The notes beneath the pieces were generated by a model, which ran no database searches, was not told the DNA's origin, and saw nothing but the letters and a program-made list of their open reading frames with translations. The position numbers were made by a program, and so were the translations under genes. DNA of 64,000 bases, from the NCBI RefSeq assembly GCF_000143415.4, contig NW_003314356.1, positions 124,001-188,000 on the forward strand, written 5' to 3'. Positions 63,170-64,000 of the stretch are shown in pieces (position 1 is the first letter of the stretch; the number at the start of each line of letters is the position of its first letter). This DNA is from Selaginella moellendorffii. Taxonomy: Eukaryota > Plantae > Lycopodiophyta.

Positions 63170-64000
63170 TGTGAGACACAAAATCCCTAGGCCCCAAAGT
63201 GGAGCCGGAAAGGGTGCCACGTGGTAGTGGCCGAAGCGAAAGCCAAACAAGCATGACACGTTTGGACTAAAAGCTCCGACTTGGAAGGTCAAGAGCAGGA
63301 GTGGAACTCCCAACAAAGTGCTCGAGGAGCAAGCACGAGGCAACCAATAAGCAAGGCTCCAAAAAGGGACCCAAAAAGGACCAACACATGACATGTGGAA
63401 GTGTCCGAGATGGAGTCTGAGGCAGACCCGAGATGGAGTCCGAGATGGACCCGAAGTGGAGTCCGAGATGGACCCGAAGTGGAGTCCGATATGGAGTCCG
63501 AAGTGGAGTCCGAGATGGAGTCCGATCTGGAGTCCGAGATGGACCCGAAGTGGAGTCTGATATGGAGTCTGATATGGAGTCCGAGATGGAGTCCGAGATG
63601 GACCCGAAGTGGAGTCCGAGATGGAGTCCGAGATGGACCCGAGATGGAGTCCGAGATGGAACTGAGACCGAGATCGAGGCCGAGATCGAGGCCGAGACCG
63701 AGTCCGAGTCCGAAACCGGGACCGAGACCAAGTCCGAGTCCGAGTTCGAGCCCGAGTCCGAGTCTGAATACTAATACAGGCAGTTGGGTGAAAGCCCAAA
63801 GCGATCGTCCCCCAGGGGGGGGGGCTGCGGGGGGTTCCAAAAGTATAGTAGGGAGAGTGTGGGGGTTGGAGCCCAGTGGAGCCAGTTTGGCCAGGAAAGG
63901 CCAGTTTGGCCCAGGAAGGCCAGACCCAGTGTTGGGTGATGAGCTGACCACTGGGAAGTCCAAGACTAGAGTGAACACGGACTGACAAGCGGGGTAGCTT
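63170..64000 (+). mobile_element. Family-B-like LTR nested in the previous LTR, running off the window
   Basis: Begins TGTGAGACACAAAATCCCTAGG and is colinear with 56198-57010. Confidence 0.88.

Noticed and set aside
63925-63961. Resemblance to 5S rRNA box C (…TGACCACTGGGAAGTCC), suggesting Cassandra
   Set aside because: The match is short, there is no box A segment, it is weaker in the 56945-56972 copy, and the LTRs are far larger than Cassandra's.

Overview
Eukaryotic, repeat-rich land-plant DNA. Very short introns, an ALDH21-type fragment and cilium/centriole genes point to a flagellated-sperm, non-seed plant; Selaginella-like is my inference, not proven. There are three probably intact host genes, all on the minus strand and all basal-body or cilium related: CCDC61/VFL3, epsilon-tubulin and LRRC9. 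The rest is mobile DNA. (1) A broken Ty3/gypsy pol abuts a DUF7869/Sola-like transposase that is interrupted by a TRIM. (2) A Helitron family is recognisable by five same-strand 3' hairpin ends, three ending in CTAG and two degenerate. One copy carries an RPA70-like gene, and head-to-tail copies carry mosaics of captured, intron-containing gene fragments (kelch, PurL, Tic32-like SDR, ALDH21, DUF2358, alpha-galactosidase, PGI and others). (3) A short-LTR gypsy derivative lacks PR/RT. (4) From about 45.7 kb to the end there is a deep stack of LTR elements inserted into each other's LTRs. It includes a young non-coding LARD with an ABRE/G-box array and a structured 3' region, and an element carrying a sense copy of the 5' part of initiator tRNA-Met. 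Assembly gaps lie at 28033-28453, 42345-42444 and 45362-45461. All family assignments are from motif recognition by eye; no searches were run.
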